From Moorena producens (GTDB lineage: Bacteria; Cyanobacteriota; Cyanobacteriia; Cyanobacteriales; Coleofasciculaceae), in the NCBI RefSeq assembly GCF_965240435.1, contig NZ_CBDEKO010000003.1: a stretch of 64,000 nucleotides of DNA. The stretch is one strand, 5' to 3'. The notes below the pieces were generated by a model. It was given only the letters and a program-made list of their open reading frames with translations, was not told where the DNA came from and ran no database searches. The position numbers and the translations under genes are program-made. Shown piece after piece: positions 9,621 to 18,157 of the stretch. Each line of letters begins with the position of its first letter. Positions within the stretch are counted from its first letter, which is position 1.

Positions 9621-9780
9621 AGGCGTTGCTGTTGCCATAGATCCAGCTAATAATGTGGCGATTCAGCAGGGGGGGGAAGCGATAACTACTTTGACTTCTT
9701 ACTGGTTACCGAAAAAATTGGGTTTAAAGCCCCGTCCTTCCAGGACGGCTTTAGATGTGGTACAATAAAACCATAACCAA

Positions 9781-10090
9781 TAGACTTTAAAAGTAGAAAG
9801 ACACTATCTAACTATAAGTAGACAACGTAAAAAATATGTAAAGCTTACGTATTGCGTAATTGGATCTAACGACTTAAAAGTCTATGAAAAAATTAGATAA
9901 AAAAAGTGTCTATCTATATAAAAAAAGGTACGGTGGAGCACACCGAAACCTAGTCATAGACTAAACCGCTTGTGGAGAGGAGACCTCTATTTTTCCTGGT
10001 TCCGGCCTGGTTAAACAAGTCACCTCGTTGTTCGCGTAGCGTGGCCTACGGCCAAGCAAGAATCCCCGCCCTGGAAGGACGGGGAGTGTC
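9781..10090. repeat. Composite dispersed repeat: AT-rich ~120-bp block plus a GC hairpin block; second copy at 44722-45266
   Basis: ctatctaa..ataagtag.caacgtaaaaaatatgta...gtctatgaaaaaattagat.aaaaaagt.tctatctatataaaaaaag and ggagaggagacctctatttttcctgg.tccggcctggtt.aacaagtca.ctcgttg...aatccccg.cc....gg.cggggagtgtcaaa are shared by both copies. Confidence 0.7.
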
Positions 10091-10403
10091 AAATCAGAGG
10101 TGTCCAGTTTGCTCTCATACCTTTCGATTGGGTGATGAAGTGTACATTGCTGAAGATAGAACTTTTCGGCACAATAGTGGCTTACTGCCTTGCGCTCAAG
10201 GCAATGCTACTGGGTCTGAACCATCCCCAGAGACTTCAGCTTTTTTCGCGGGATTAGATACAGCTTGGCCGCCACCTAAAGATATGCCTATTGTGCGACT
10301 GGAGGCAGGTCATGAACTTCTTGCTCCACCCCTTGCTGGTTTTCAACGCCATACTTGTGTGGTGTGTGGTCATACCTATTGGTTAACTGATGAGCGCAAC
10401 TGA
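9972..10403 (+). CDS. Hypothetical protein with two CxxC pairs (CPVCSH...CVVCGH; Zn-ribbon-like); the 5' ~115 nt of the ORF lies in the dispersed repeat, so the true start is probably internal (GTG 10086)
   Basis: ORF; the stop overlaps the next gene's start (ATGA), suggesting translational coupling. Confidence 0.4.
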   Translation: MERRPLFFLVPAWLNKSPRCSRSVAYGQARIPALEGRGVSNQRCPVCSHTFRLGDEVYIAEDRTFRHNSGLLPCAQGNATGSEPSPETSAFFAGLDTAWPPPKDMPIVRLEAGHELLAPPLAGFQRHTCVVCGHTYWLTDERN

Positions 10404-11247
10404 TACAGCATTAAGAGTCATTCAGTGGGCTATGACCAATCCTGAAGGGATAGTCACCCCACCCCAAGGGGATTTGTCTGCTACAGAAAAGTTAGCTAAT
10501 CCTCCCGTTGCTCTTAGGCAGGCACTGCAACAACTAACGGCGGTAACGGCAGCTAGACTAGGATGGGAAATGCCCCCATTAGGAGATAATAGTCCCCTTG
10601 GTGTGGGGGGAATTATTCTGGCTGCGGCCCTGGGAACAGCTAACCTAAAATTAGCTCGTACCCTAATTACCGCTTTATCAGACCCATGCTCTTCAGGGGA
10701 TTGGGTAGTGCGACATGGTCTAGTTGCCCCAGCTTTGCCGTTTCTGGCAGATGAGATAGCTGATGATTGCCGACAGGTATCCCTGCTAACAGCAGTATTA
10801 AATCGACCCGCAACTGGTCAGGAAAATTTAGCTTTTGATTTTATACTGAAACTTCTTGAACAGCCATCACCAAGATTGTCTCTGACTTTGCATCTGGCTA
10901 AACCAACTCTAGATATCAAAGTTCGCAACTGGCGGTCTAATTTACTTGAGCGTTTGCGCCCTGGTTCCGAAAAAAACCGTGATTTTGTGATTGAGGTTTA
11001 TGAAGCTGCAATGATTTATCATCACCAGGAAGTAATCAATCAAGTAAAAGCAGCCGCTGCTGTTATGACTGACCCAAAAGCAGCCAGTGATGACAGTCGT
11101 TTGCAAGATGCTTTGTCAGTTGCCAATTGGTGGCAGTCTCTATGGGCAATTGAGCGTGCAGATATGGAGGCTCTACGTCGCCATCGCTATCTTAGTTATT
11201 CTTACCGTGAGGGGATTAAGCTGTTCAATTTACGACGGAAATTATAG
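10390..11247 (+). CDS. Hypothetical helical protein (285 aa)
   Basis: ORF coupled to neighbours; no recognisable motif. Confidence 0.5.
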   Translation: MSATDTALRVIQWAMTNPEGIVTPPQGDLSATEKLANPPVALRQALQQLTAVTAARLGWEMPPLGDNSPLGVGGIILAAALGTANLKLARTLITALSDPCSSGDWVVRHGLVAPALPFLADEIADDCRQVSLLTAVLNRPATGQENLAFDFILKLLEQPSPRLSLTLHLAKPTLDIKVRNWRSNLLERLRPGSEKNRDFVIEVYEAAMIYHHQEVINQVKAAAAVMTDPKAASDDSRLQDALSVANWWQSLWAIERADMEALRRHRYLSYSYREGIKLFNLRRKL

Positions 11248-11366
11248 CGTTTCTAGGACTCATGAGGTACACATTATTTTTTACCTCTTCTCTCTTCCCT
11301 TTTCCCATATCCGCTGCTCCCTAAAAACCAGAAATTTGTACCTCACAAGTCGTAGAATTGCTATAT
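11244..11366. mobile_element. MITE (GTGAGGTACAC-end family) with internal pyrimidine-rich tract
   Basis: tatagcgtttctaggactcatgaggtacacattattttttacctc...ctaaaaaccagaaatttgtacctcacaagtcgtagaattgctatat is almost identical to 16388-16527. Confidence 0.65.
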
Positions 11367-11442
11367 GAATAACAGCAACAACCGATAAAATCATTCTATT
11401 ATTCAGCAACGCCCTGTGAACAACCCCTAACCCCTATTACTT

Positions 11443-13311
11443 ATGAGTAGAAGGAGAAAAATTAAGCTGGTTCCGTTGGGAAATCCTGGACAGTTCCAAG
11501 ATATTTTATACAGTGACGAATCCATAACACTTGGGGAGTTACTCTCTCAAGCTCCTGCTCTTAGCACGGAGCCGATCGATGAAAGTCTGATGGAGCAGGA
11601 AATAGGAAAATTCCTGATCATAGCTGTTCAAGAACCCTGGGATTGCCCTCTGTATCGTCCTCCTGGTTTAGTGATTAGTGATCAGACTCAAGAGGATAGC
11701 TCAGCCCCAAATACCCAGCCTAGTGCGACAGAGTCTCAGCCAGCTGCTCCTACTCAACAGAAACCAGACAATCAAGCTGATCACCTCTCAACACCAGGGG
11801 ATCATACCTTGCCTACTCATGTCAAGGAAAAAGATGCAGTCATACTGGCTTATGCCAGGGAAATTGATACAGCGGCATCCTTTTTGAGGGCAGAACTTTC
11901 AGTTTTAATTGTCTGTGAAAAGCTGGTGGTTGCAAACCTTTGGCAGGAAATGGCACGACGAGCTAATCTTAACCCAGTCGAGCTGAGTGTGCCTGAGGAA
12001 GACGAATCAGGTCTGATGGCTCGCAGTCTTCGTCAACGTCAACTAGCAACTCTCAAACATCTGATTAACGCTCTCAAGCAAGGAGATGTGTTAGTTATTC
12101 CCCATTTAGATTTGCTGGCGGGGGGCAGTGATGCTAATTTACCCACAGAATCGAGGGAACTGATTGAATTAGTTTATAAACAAAGCGATCGCTTAATTTT
12201 AGCCTTTGCTGACCGCTCCCAGGATATTCCAGAAGTCCTAGCAGCGCGATTTGCAGTTCGTTTGCTGATTAGTGGTGTATCCCGCACAGTAGTTTATCCT
12301 AATGGTGAGGAAAAATCCATTGGTAGAGCCTTAGTTACCGCAGATGAGGCAGCACATTTCGAGGATTTTGACCCAGAGGGGCTATATAAAAATGTCGCAG
12401 GGATGAACCCAATTCGCTTACGTCATGCCATTAAATATGCCGTTCAGGAGCAAGCAGGAACAGAAAAAGTTCCCGTAACCAGGCTTTATCAAGCCATCCG
12501 AGCCTTTAAAGCTCAAACCTCTGTGAATTTTGAAGTGCCTGATGTGACCTTTGCCAATATTGGGGGTTACGAACAGGTTAAAGCAGAATTAGACAAGGCA
12601 ATTCGCTTGATGACAGGCTCCTATGACCTCCCCAACGAGCAATTAAGACGGGAATTAATTCCGAGGGGATTTATTTTTCACGGACCCCCAGGTACAGGTA
12701 AAACCTTATTTGCCAAAGCGATCGCTAATCAACTCAACGCCACTATCCAGGTAGTTTCCGGCCCAGAAGTCACGGACATGTACGTTGGTGAAAGTGAGCG
12801 GAAAGTCAGGGAACTCTTTGCCGAAGCCAGGCGCAATGCTCCAGCAGTCCTAGTTTTTGATGAGTTTGATTCCATTGCCACCAAGCGTTCTGGACGAGAT
12901 GATGGTGGCACCAGGGCAGGAAACGCTATAGTTGCCCAAATTCTGACGGAAATGGATGGGTTTCGTCCCGATGTTCCCATGCTGGTGATTGGCACAACTA
13001 ACCGCCTTGATATTATTGATGAAGCATTGTTACGTCCCAGTCGTTTTAAAGCGATCGCAATTGGTCTGCCTAATCTCAGAGCCAGACGAGCGATCGCTCA
13101 AGTTCACGCCCAGCATTTTAACATTGAGCTATCCTCAGAACTGCTGGAGTTGATTGCAACCGAAACAGAGGGGATGAGCGGGGATGACATCCGTTCTATA
13201 TTCCGGGATGCTTATGTGGGATTACACTGCGAAAAACCACCCCGTCCAGTTGATGCCCACCGTTTAGGTGAATTAGTGGGGTTACTACGGAAGGTTATTC
13301 GCAGACCCTGA
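11443..13311 (+). CDS. Classical AAA family ATPase with a degenerate N-terminal AAA-like half and an active C-terminal AAA module (Cdc48/FtsH-like)
   Basis: Walker A GFIFHGPPGTGKTLFAKAIA, Walker B VLVFDEFDSIA, second region of homology TTNRLDIIDEALLRPSRF. Confidence 0.85.
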   Translation: MSRRRKIKLVPLGNPGQFQDILYSDESITLGELLSQAPALSTEPIDESLMEQEIGKFLIIAVQEPWDCPLYRPPGLVISDQTQEDSSAPNTQPSATESQPAAPTQQKPDNQADHLSTPGDHTLPTHVKEKDAVILAYAREIDTAASFLRAELSVLIVCEKLVVANLWQEMARRANLNPVELSVPEEDESGLMARSLRQRQLATLKHLINALKQGDVLVIPHLDLLAGGSDANLPTESRELIELVYKQSDRLILAFADRSQDIPEVLAARFAVRLLISGVSRTVVYPNGEEKSIGRALVTADEAAHFEDFDPEGLYKNVAGMNPIRLRHAIKYAVQEQAGTEKVPVTRLYQAIRAFKAQTSVNFEVPDVTFANIGGYEQVKAELDKAIRLMTGSYDLPNEQLRRELIPRGFIFHGPPGTGKTLFAKAIANQLNATIQVVSGPEVTDMYVGESERKVRELFAEARRNAPAVLVFDEFDSIATKRSGRDDGGTRAGNAIVAQILTEMDGFRPDVPMLVIGTTNRLDIIDEALLRPSRFKAIAIGLPNLRARRAIAQVHAQHFNIELSSELLELIATETEGMSGDDIRSIFRDAYVGLHCEKPPRPVDAHRLGELVGLLRKVIRRP

Positions 13312-13777
13312 AACAGCTGCTGCCTGATGCTAAGTTTCTAATAATTTTCGATATAAGTCTGCCGATGGAGCCAGAGGAATAGGCAGTGTCACAAGGGTAG
13401 GTTTTTTACATTTGGGCTCACGGGGTGACAAGCTAATTGAAAATCTTACAGGGGTTAGGTTAATGGGGTTAGGTGAAGCGCGAACATCGTCATGGCGTAG
13501 TGGTTGATTAAAACTATTTCAATCTTTGACGTTGTATGGTGAAAATTGCTTCAATTGCTGGGAAATACAAATGACACCGATGCGCTCATTTTACCCAATA
13601 CCTAAAACCATTAACCCAACACCTATCTAGGTTTGAGCTCCCTACTCCCTGCTCCCTGGGTGCATCTCCTAAAAGCTGTTTGACACGGTGGTGCGTTACG
13701 GGGCGGCCTGTCCAAACCCTGACTACGAGGCGAAAAATGAAGGCCCCCCTGAAGCACCACTAGCAACTTTTTTACTG

Positions 13778-13858
13778 CCCTACTCCCTACTCCCTACTCC
13801 CTACTCCCTACTCCCTATTCCCTATTCCCTGTTCCCTGCTCCCTGTTCCCTATTCCCT
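13778..13858. repeat. Heptamer array (CTCCCTA/TTCCCTA/TTCCCTG) abutting the MoxR start codon
   Basis: Direct read; the array ends 1 nt before ATG 13860. Confidence 0.9.
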
Positions 13859-13859
13859 A

Positions 13860-15020
13860 ATGACTATTAATAGCACCATTAAACGTTTAAACAGCGTCAA
13901 ATACACTCTCAAAGGAATGTTTACCGGGCGAGACCAAGCCATTGAGCTACTGGTATTAGCCACAGTTTGCCAGGAACATTTATTGCTAATTGGTCCTCCA
14001 GGAACCGCTAAAACTGCAATTATTAATCGCTACACTGACCTGATAGATGCTCAGAGTTTTTCTTATTTATTAACTCGTTTTACTGAACCTTCAGAACTTT
14101 TTGGTCCTCTAGACCTGGCCGCTTTCCAAAAAGGGACTTACAACATCAGCACCGAAGGTATGCTTCCCCAGGCGCAGATTGTGTTTCTGGATGAGGTGTT
14201 TCAGGGCAGTAGTGCCATCTTAAATTCCCTGTTGACTATTCTCAATGAGAGAGTATTCTACAACGGTTCTCAACATCAGTCAGTACCCCTGATTTGTTTA
14301 ATTGGTGCTTCTAATAGTGTGCCAGATGACCCCTCCCTCCACGCCTTTGCTGATCGCTTTGTACTGCGGTTGGAGGTAAACAAGGTTGAAGACAATCAAA
14401 TTGACGAACTCCTAGGACAAGGGTGGGAACTTGAGCGAGAAAAGATTGAAGCCGCTAAACGGGAGATTAAAGGTCAAGCCACCAGTAAGCTCTTAGCGAG
14501 TGTGAAACTGGAGGACATCCTGGATTTGCATGGAAAATTACTGGAAGTGAATTTAGCCAAGATTAAGCCAGAATATGGCCGGTTAATTCAGGAGCTGAGA
14601 GCAGAAGGTATTGACTTCTCAGATCGGCGGGTAGTCAAGGGCTTAAAGTTAATTGCAGGAGCAGCACTATTGCGGGGAGTAAGATCAGCCGACATTCTGG
14701 ATTTATGGCCTCTATTCCATCTGTGGGATAGACCAGAAGAAGCAGATGTCCTCAAAACCGTTTTGCAGCCTCGCTTAGAAGAAGCTGGATTTAAAGCTAT
14801 CGATCGGTCTCGACCTGTATCTGAGATTATCATGGATTTGGAGACTATTGAAGCTCAAGAACCCCTGTTATCCTCGGAATCTGCCGTTGGAGCCCATCTA
14901 ATGGCTCTTAATAAGCTCAGACAAGAACTCATTGCCAATCATCCCCAGGATTTAGATGCTCGTAAGCGCATTGAGGTAGTTATTCAACAGGGATTGAAAC
15001 GCCTGGAGAATGGGGTTTAA
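13860..15020 (+). CDS. MoxR-family AAA+ ATPase
   Basis: LLLIGPPGTAKTAIINR Walker A, VFLDEVFQ Walker B, MoxR-like length and layout. Confidence 0.85.
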   Translation: MTINSTIKRLNSVKYTLKGMFTGRDQAIELLVLATVCQEHLLLIGPPGTAKTAIINRYTDLIDAQSFSYLLTRFTEPSELFGPLDLAAFQKGTYNISTEGMLPQAQIVFLDEVFQGSSAILNSLLTILNERVFYNGSQHQSVPLICLIGASNSVPDDPSLHAFADRFVLRLEVNKVEDNQIDELLGQGWELEREKIEAAKREIKGQATSKLLASVKLEDILDLHGKLLEVNLAKIKPEYGRLIQELRAEGIDFSDRRVVKGLKLIAGAALLRGVRSADILDLWPLFHLWDRPEEADVLKTVLQPRLEEAGFKAIDRSRPVSEIIMDLETIEAQEPLLSSESAVGAHLMALNKLRQELIANHPQDLDARKRIEVVIQQGLKRLENGV

Positions 15021-15028
15021 GGTACCTC

Positions 15029-15892
15029 ATGAATGATTTTAAGAGTGAGGTAGAATGGGCATCTTGCCCGTTCCGGAAATTAGGTAGAATGGGCATCTTG
15101 CCCGTTCCGGAAATTATGTGTAATCCAAGACGAATTCGAGTAACAGCCACCAGACAGCTTAATCAAGCTTGGCAGAGGGAAGTATCCCGAACCGTTGAGT
15201 TACGTGAACAAGTAAGAGGGGAAGCACGAATACGCCAAGCCCTTGATTCAACCTTAGGGAAACCAGCGTTACGGGCCTTAGAAGCTGCCTTGGCTGCCCC
15301 TGATTCAGGCTGGAGTGAGGTTGAGGAGGGATATCGCTATGACGTTGAAGGGGGTTATGTTACCTATCTTATCGACCAGCAAGCCCTAGAGATTGTAGCG
15401 ATTTTAGAGGATGAGGTGCAAGCGTCAGGACAGGGAAGCAGAATTTTAGAAGGATTGATCCATAGGGAGATTTCAGCAGAAGCAGAAGGAAGCTATTACG
15501 ATGATGGTTGGGGGGGAAACACCAAAGAGGTTGCCCAAGAACAGGCAAAAGCTGCTGCTGAGAGAGAAATTGATCAAATTGCCCGTTCTGAAATTGAACA
15601 AGCTGGTACTCAAGCCGAAGAGCACTCAGCAGAAGAGATTGAAGCAGAGGCTCGTACCCAAGCTCAAGCCAGATTACAACAATTAGCGGTTAACCGTCAA
15701 GCCGTTCTCTCACAACAAGCCAGACAAAACCTGGATAGAGTAGGACTCCGCTGTCGTCAGGCCTTTCATCAGGTTTTGGCTACAGCTTATCGAGATGCCA
15801 TCCTTGCTTATGCTAGACGTAATGGTGCTGAGAATATTCAGTGTAGTGAAGAGGGTAACGTTGTAGAAATTGAATTTAATCTCCAACGGTAG
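15029..15892 (+). CDS. Hypothetical acidic, coiled-coil-rich protein; first 30 codons lie in a 34-bp x2 tandem duplication, alternative start ATG 15116
   Basis: ORF; tandem duplicate ggtagaatgggcatcttgcccgttccggaaatta x2 at 15047-15114. Confidence 0.45.
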   Translation: MNDFKSEVEWASCPFRKLGRMGILPVPEIMCNPRRIRVTATRQLNQAWQREVSRTVELREQVRGEARIRQALDSTLGKPALRALEAALAAPDSGWSEVEEGYRYDVEGGYVTYLIDQQALEIVAILEDEVQASGQGSRILEGLIHREISAEAEGSYYDDGWGGNTKEVAQEQAKAAAEREIDQIARSEIEQAGTQAEEHSAEEIEAEARTQAQARLQQLAVNRQAVLSQQARQNLDRVGLRCRQAFHQVLATAYRDAILAYARRNGAENIQCSEEGNVVEIEFNLQR

Positions 15893-15921
15893 CATCCCTA
15901 ACCCCTAACCCCTAAACTCCT

Positions 15922-16191
15922 ATGGATGTTAAAGTAATATTTCGATTTAATAAAGTAACAGGTGAAGTTGAAATATTCCAGGTAGACGATCAAGGAAGGA
16001 TGAGTTTACCAGAAGCGGAACATAACCGAAACCATGATCGCATTGCTGCTGAATTAGGCAACATTATTGAACGGAATCCACAGATAATGGAAGTATTCCC
16101 TAATAATATCCAACCAGATCTCGAACCAATTCCCGAATCACCTAATACTGATGAATCCTTTGAACACGAGAGGGAAAGACAAACAGAATGA
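15922..16191 (+). CDS. Hypothetical small acidic protein (89 aa)
   Basis: ORF in the operon gap; no motif. Confidence 0.3.
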   Translation: MDVKVIFRFNKVTGEVEIFQVDDQGRMSLPEAEHNRNHDRIAAELGNIIERNPQIMEVFPNNIQPDLEPIPESPNTDESFEHERERQTE

Positions 16192-16192
16192 A

Positions 16193-16276
16193 GAGGGAAT
16201 AGGGAATAGGGAACAGGGAATAGGGAACAGGGAATAGGGAACAGGGAACAGGGAACAGGGAACAGGGAATAGGGAA
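16193..16276. repeat. Heptamer array (GGGAATA/GGGAACA)n
   Basis: Direct read. Confidence 0.9.
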
Positions 16277-16527
16277 AAAATAATGTCTAGCGTTTATTCC
16301 ATGTATGAGGTACACTTATCAACCTCAAAGTCCCCCTTTTTAAGGGGGATTTAGGGGGATCCTTTTGTACCTGATGGGAAAGATAATTGCTATAGCGTTT
16401 CTAGGACTCATGAGGTACACATTATTTTTTACCTCTTTCCTCTTGCCTTTTCCCTCTTACCTGCTCCCTGCTCCCTGCTCCCTAAAAACCAGAAATTTGT
16501 ACCTCACAAGTCGTAGAATTGCTATAT
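16277..16527. mobile_element. Two adjacent/nested MITEs: a GGGGGATTTAGGGGG palindromic element (16277-16396) followed by a GTGAGGTACAC-end MITE (16388-16527)
   Basis: 16330-16375 aaagtccccctttttaagggggatttagggggatcc also at 26388-26423. 16388-16527 matches 11244-11366. Confidence 0.6.
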
Positions 16528-16535
16528 AAGATAAA

Positions 16536-18041
16536 GTGAGTAACAGCAAAAAGCGAGAAATGCTCATCAAAGCCGCCCAATGCTATGTCAAAGCCGGGTG
16601 GTTAGCCGATGCTTGTCGAGTATGGGAAGAAATAGGAGAATACCGGGAAGCGGCGGCCATCTACGAACAACAGGAAAAGTGGTCACAAGCGGCTCAGTGC
16701 TATCTCAAGAACCAAGACTGGTCAAAAGCCGCCCAATGCTATCTCAGAAACGCTCAAGCAGAAGCAGCAGCAGAGTGTTGGACTCAAGCAGGAGATACCC
16801 TACAAGCGGTCTGGATCAGAACAGACTACCTTAAGCAACATTATCAAACTCAATTAGCCCTGCGGGATATTTCTCCCCAAACAGCAACAGAAGAATTAGA
16901 GATTGAACTAATTCTTGCCCGTTGTGAAGCAGGAGCTAGAAAAACAAAGCAAGCAGCGGCTCGATTAAGACAAATATTGAGTCGATTCAAAAATAGTCAT
17001 AAAAAGCACCTATATGAGTGGGCATTAAGAGTAGCAGAAGTATTAAACCGGCCAGATTTAAGCGCCCTAATCTATAGTGCAGCAGTAAAAGCCAGAATGC
17101 CCAATGCCATAGGGGAATGGGAAACATGGGCAATGGCCACCCTAGGAGAGGCCACAGGAATACCGCAACCAGAAGAAGAAGAAGAACAAGAAGATTTAAA
17201 AACCTTTGAAGTAGTAACAGTGGACCGTACAGGAGAAATAATCAACAGAGAAAATAAACAAGCAAGTTATTTGATTGAAGATCTCGGAAATGGAGTCAAG
17301 CTAGAGATGGTGTATATCCCAGCCGGAAGGTTCTTAATGGGTTCGCCGGAAAGTGAGAGTGAGAGTGATGACAGGGAAAGACCTCAACACCAAGTAAGCA
17401 TTAAAGGGTTTTTCCTGGGGAAATATCCAGTAACCCAGGGGCAATGGGGAGCAGTGGCCAAGCTACCAAAAGTTAACCGGCACTTAGAGCCAGACCCCTC
17501 TGAGTTTAAAGGAGAGAATCGACCAGTAGAGTGCGTAAGCTGGTTAGAGGCGGTGGAATTCTGCGATCGCGTCTCTAAACATACAGGAACAGAATACAGA
17601 TTACCGAGTGAAGGGGAATGGGAATACGCCTGTAGAGCCGGAACAACCACACCATTCCATTATGGAGAGACCCTAACCAGTAGATTAGCTAACTATAAGG
17701 CTAGCTATACTTATGGAGAGGAAGCTGTAGGGAAATATCGAAGAGAAACCACGGAAGTAGGAAGTTTTCCCCCCAACGGCTTTGGCCTATACGATATGCA
17801 CGGCAATGTAGAAGAGTACTGTGCCGACAGTTGGCATAATAATTACGAAAGAGCACCCACAGATGGGAGTATTTGGCAGTATTACAATAAGTATTATTAT
17901 CATAGTCTGCGGGGCGGCTCGTGGACCTTCATTCCTAGGGATTGCCGCTCTGCCTCCCGCCTCGACTATGACGCGCGCGATGAACTATACAACTTTGTGG
18001 GTTTTCGTGTGGCTCGGGGTGTTGGGAGCTCTCACCCCTAA
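16536..18041 (+). CDS. Helical-repeat (TPR/Sel1-like AAQCY-x-K repeats) N-domain fused to a C-terminal FGE-sulfatase domain
   Basis: Repeats [10 protein letters not shown] / [11 protein letters not shown] / [10 protein letters not shown]. FGS motifs [51 protein letters not shown]. Confidence 0.8.
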   Translation: [501 protein letters not shown]

Positions 18042-18057
18042 TCAGCCAAGTCATTAC

Positions 18058-18155
18058 TATTCCCTACTCCCGATTCCCGATTCCCGATTCCCGATTCCCG
18101 ATTCCCGACTCCCGACTCCCGACTCCCGATTCCCGATTCCCTACTCCCGATTCCC
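18058..18155. repeat. Heptamer array (CCCGATT/CCCGACT)n
   Basis: Direct read. Confidence 0.9.
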
Positions 18156-18157
18156 TC

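Noticed and set aside
9421-9768. 115-aa ORF upstream of tnpB, considered as a possible TnpA remnant
   Set aside because: No HUH/Y1 transposase motif (no HxH...Y pattern) and it overlaps the IS subterminal hairpin; likely non-coding left-end sequence.
9925-9965. ggtacggtggagcacaccgaaacctagtcatagac, considered as a tRNA-like fragment
   Set aside because: No cloverleaf could be drawn (no acceptor/anticodon/T-arm complementarity); it is part of the dispersed composite repeat also present at 45120-45160.
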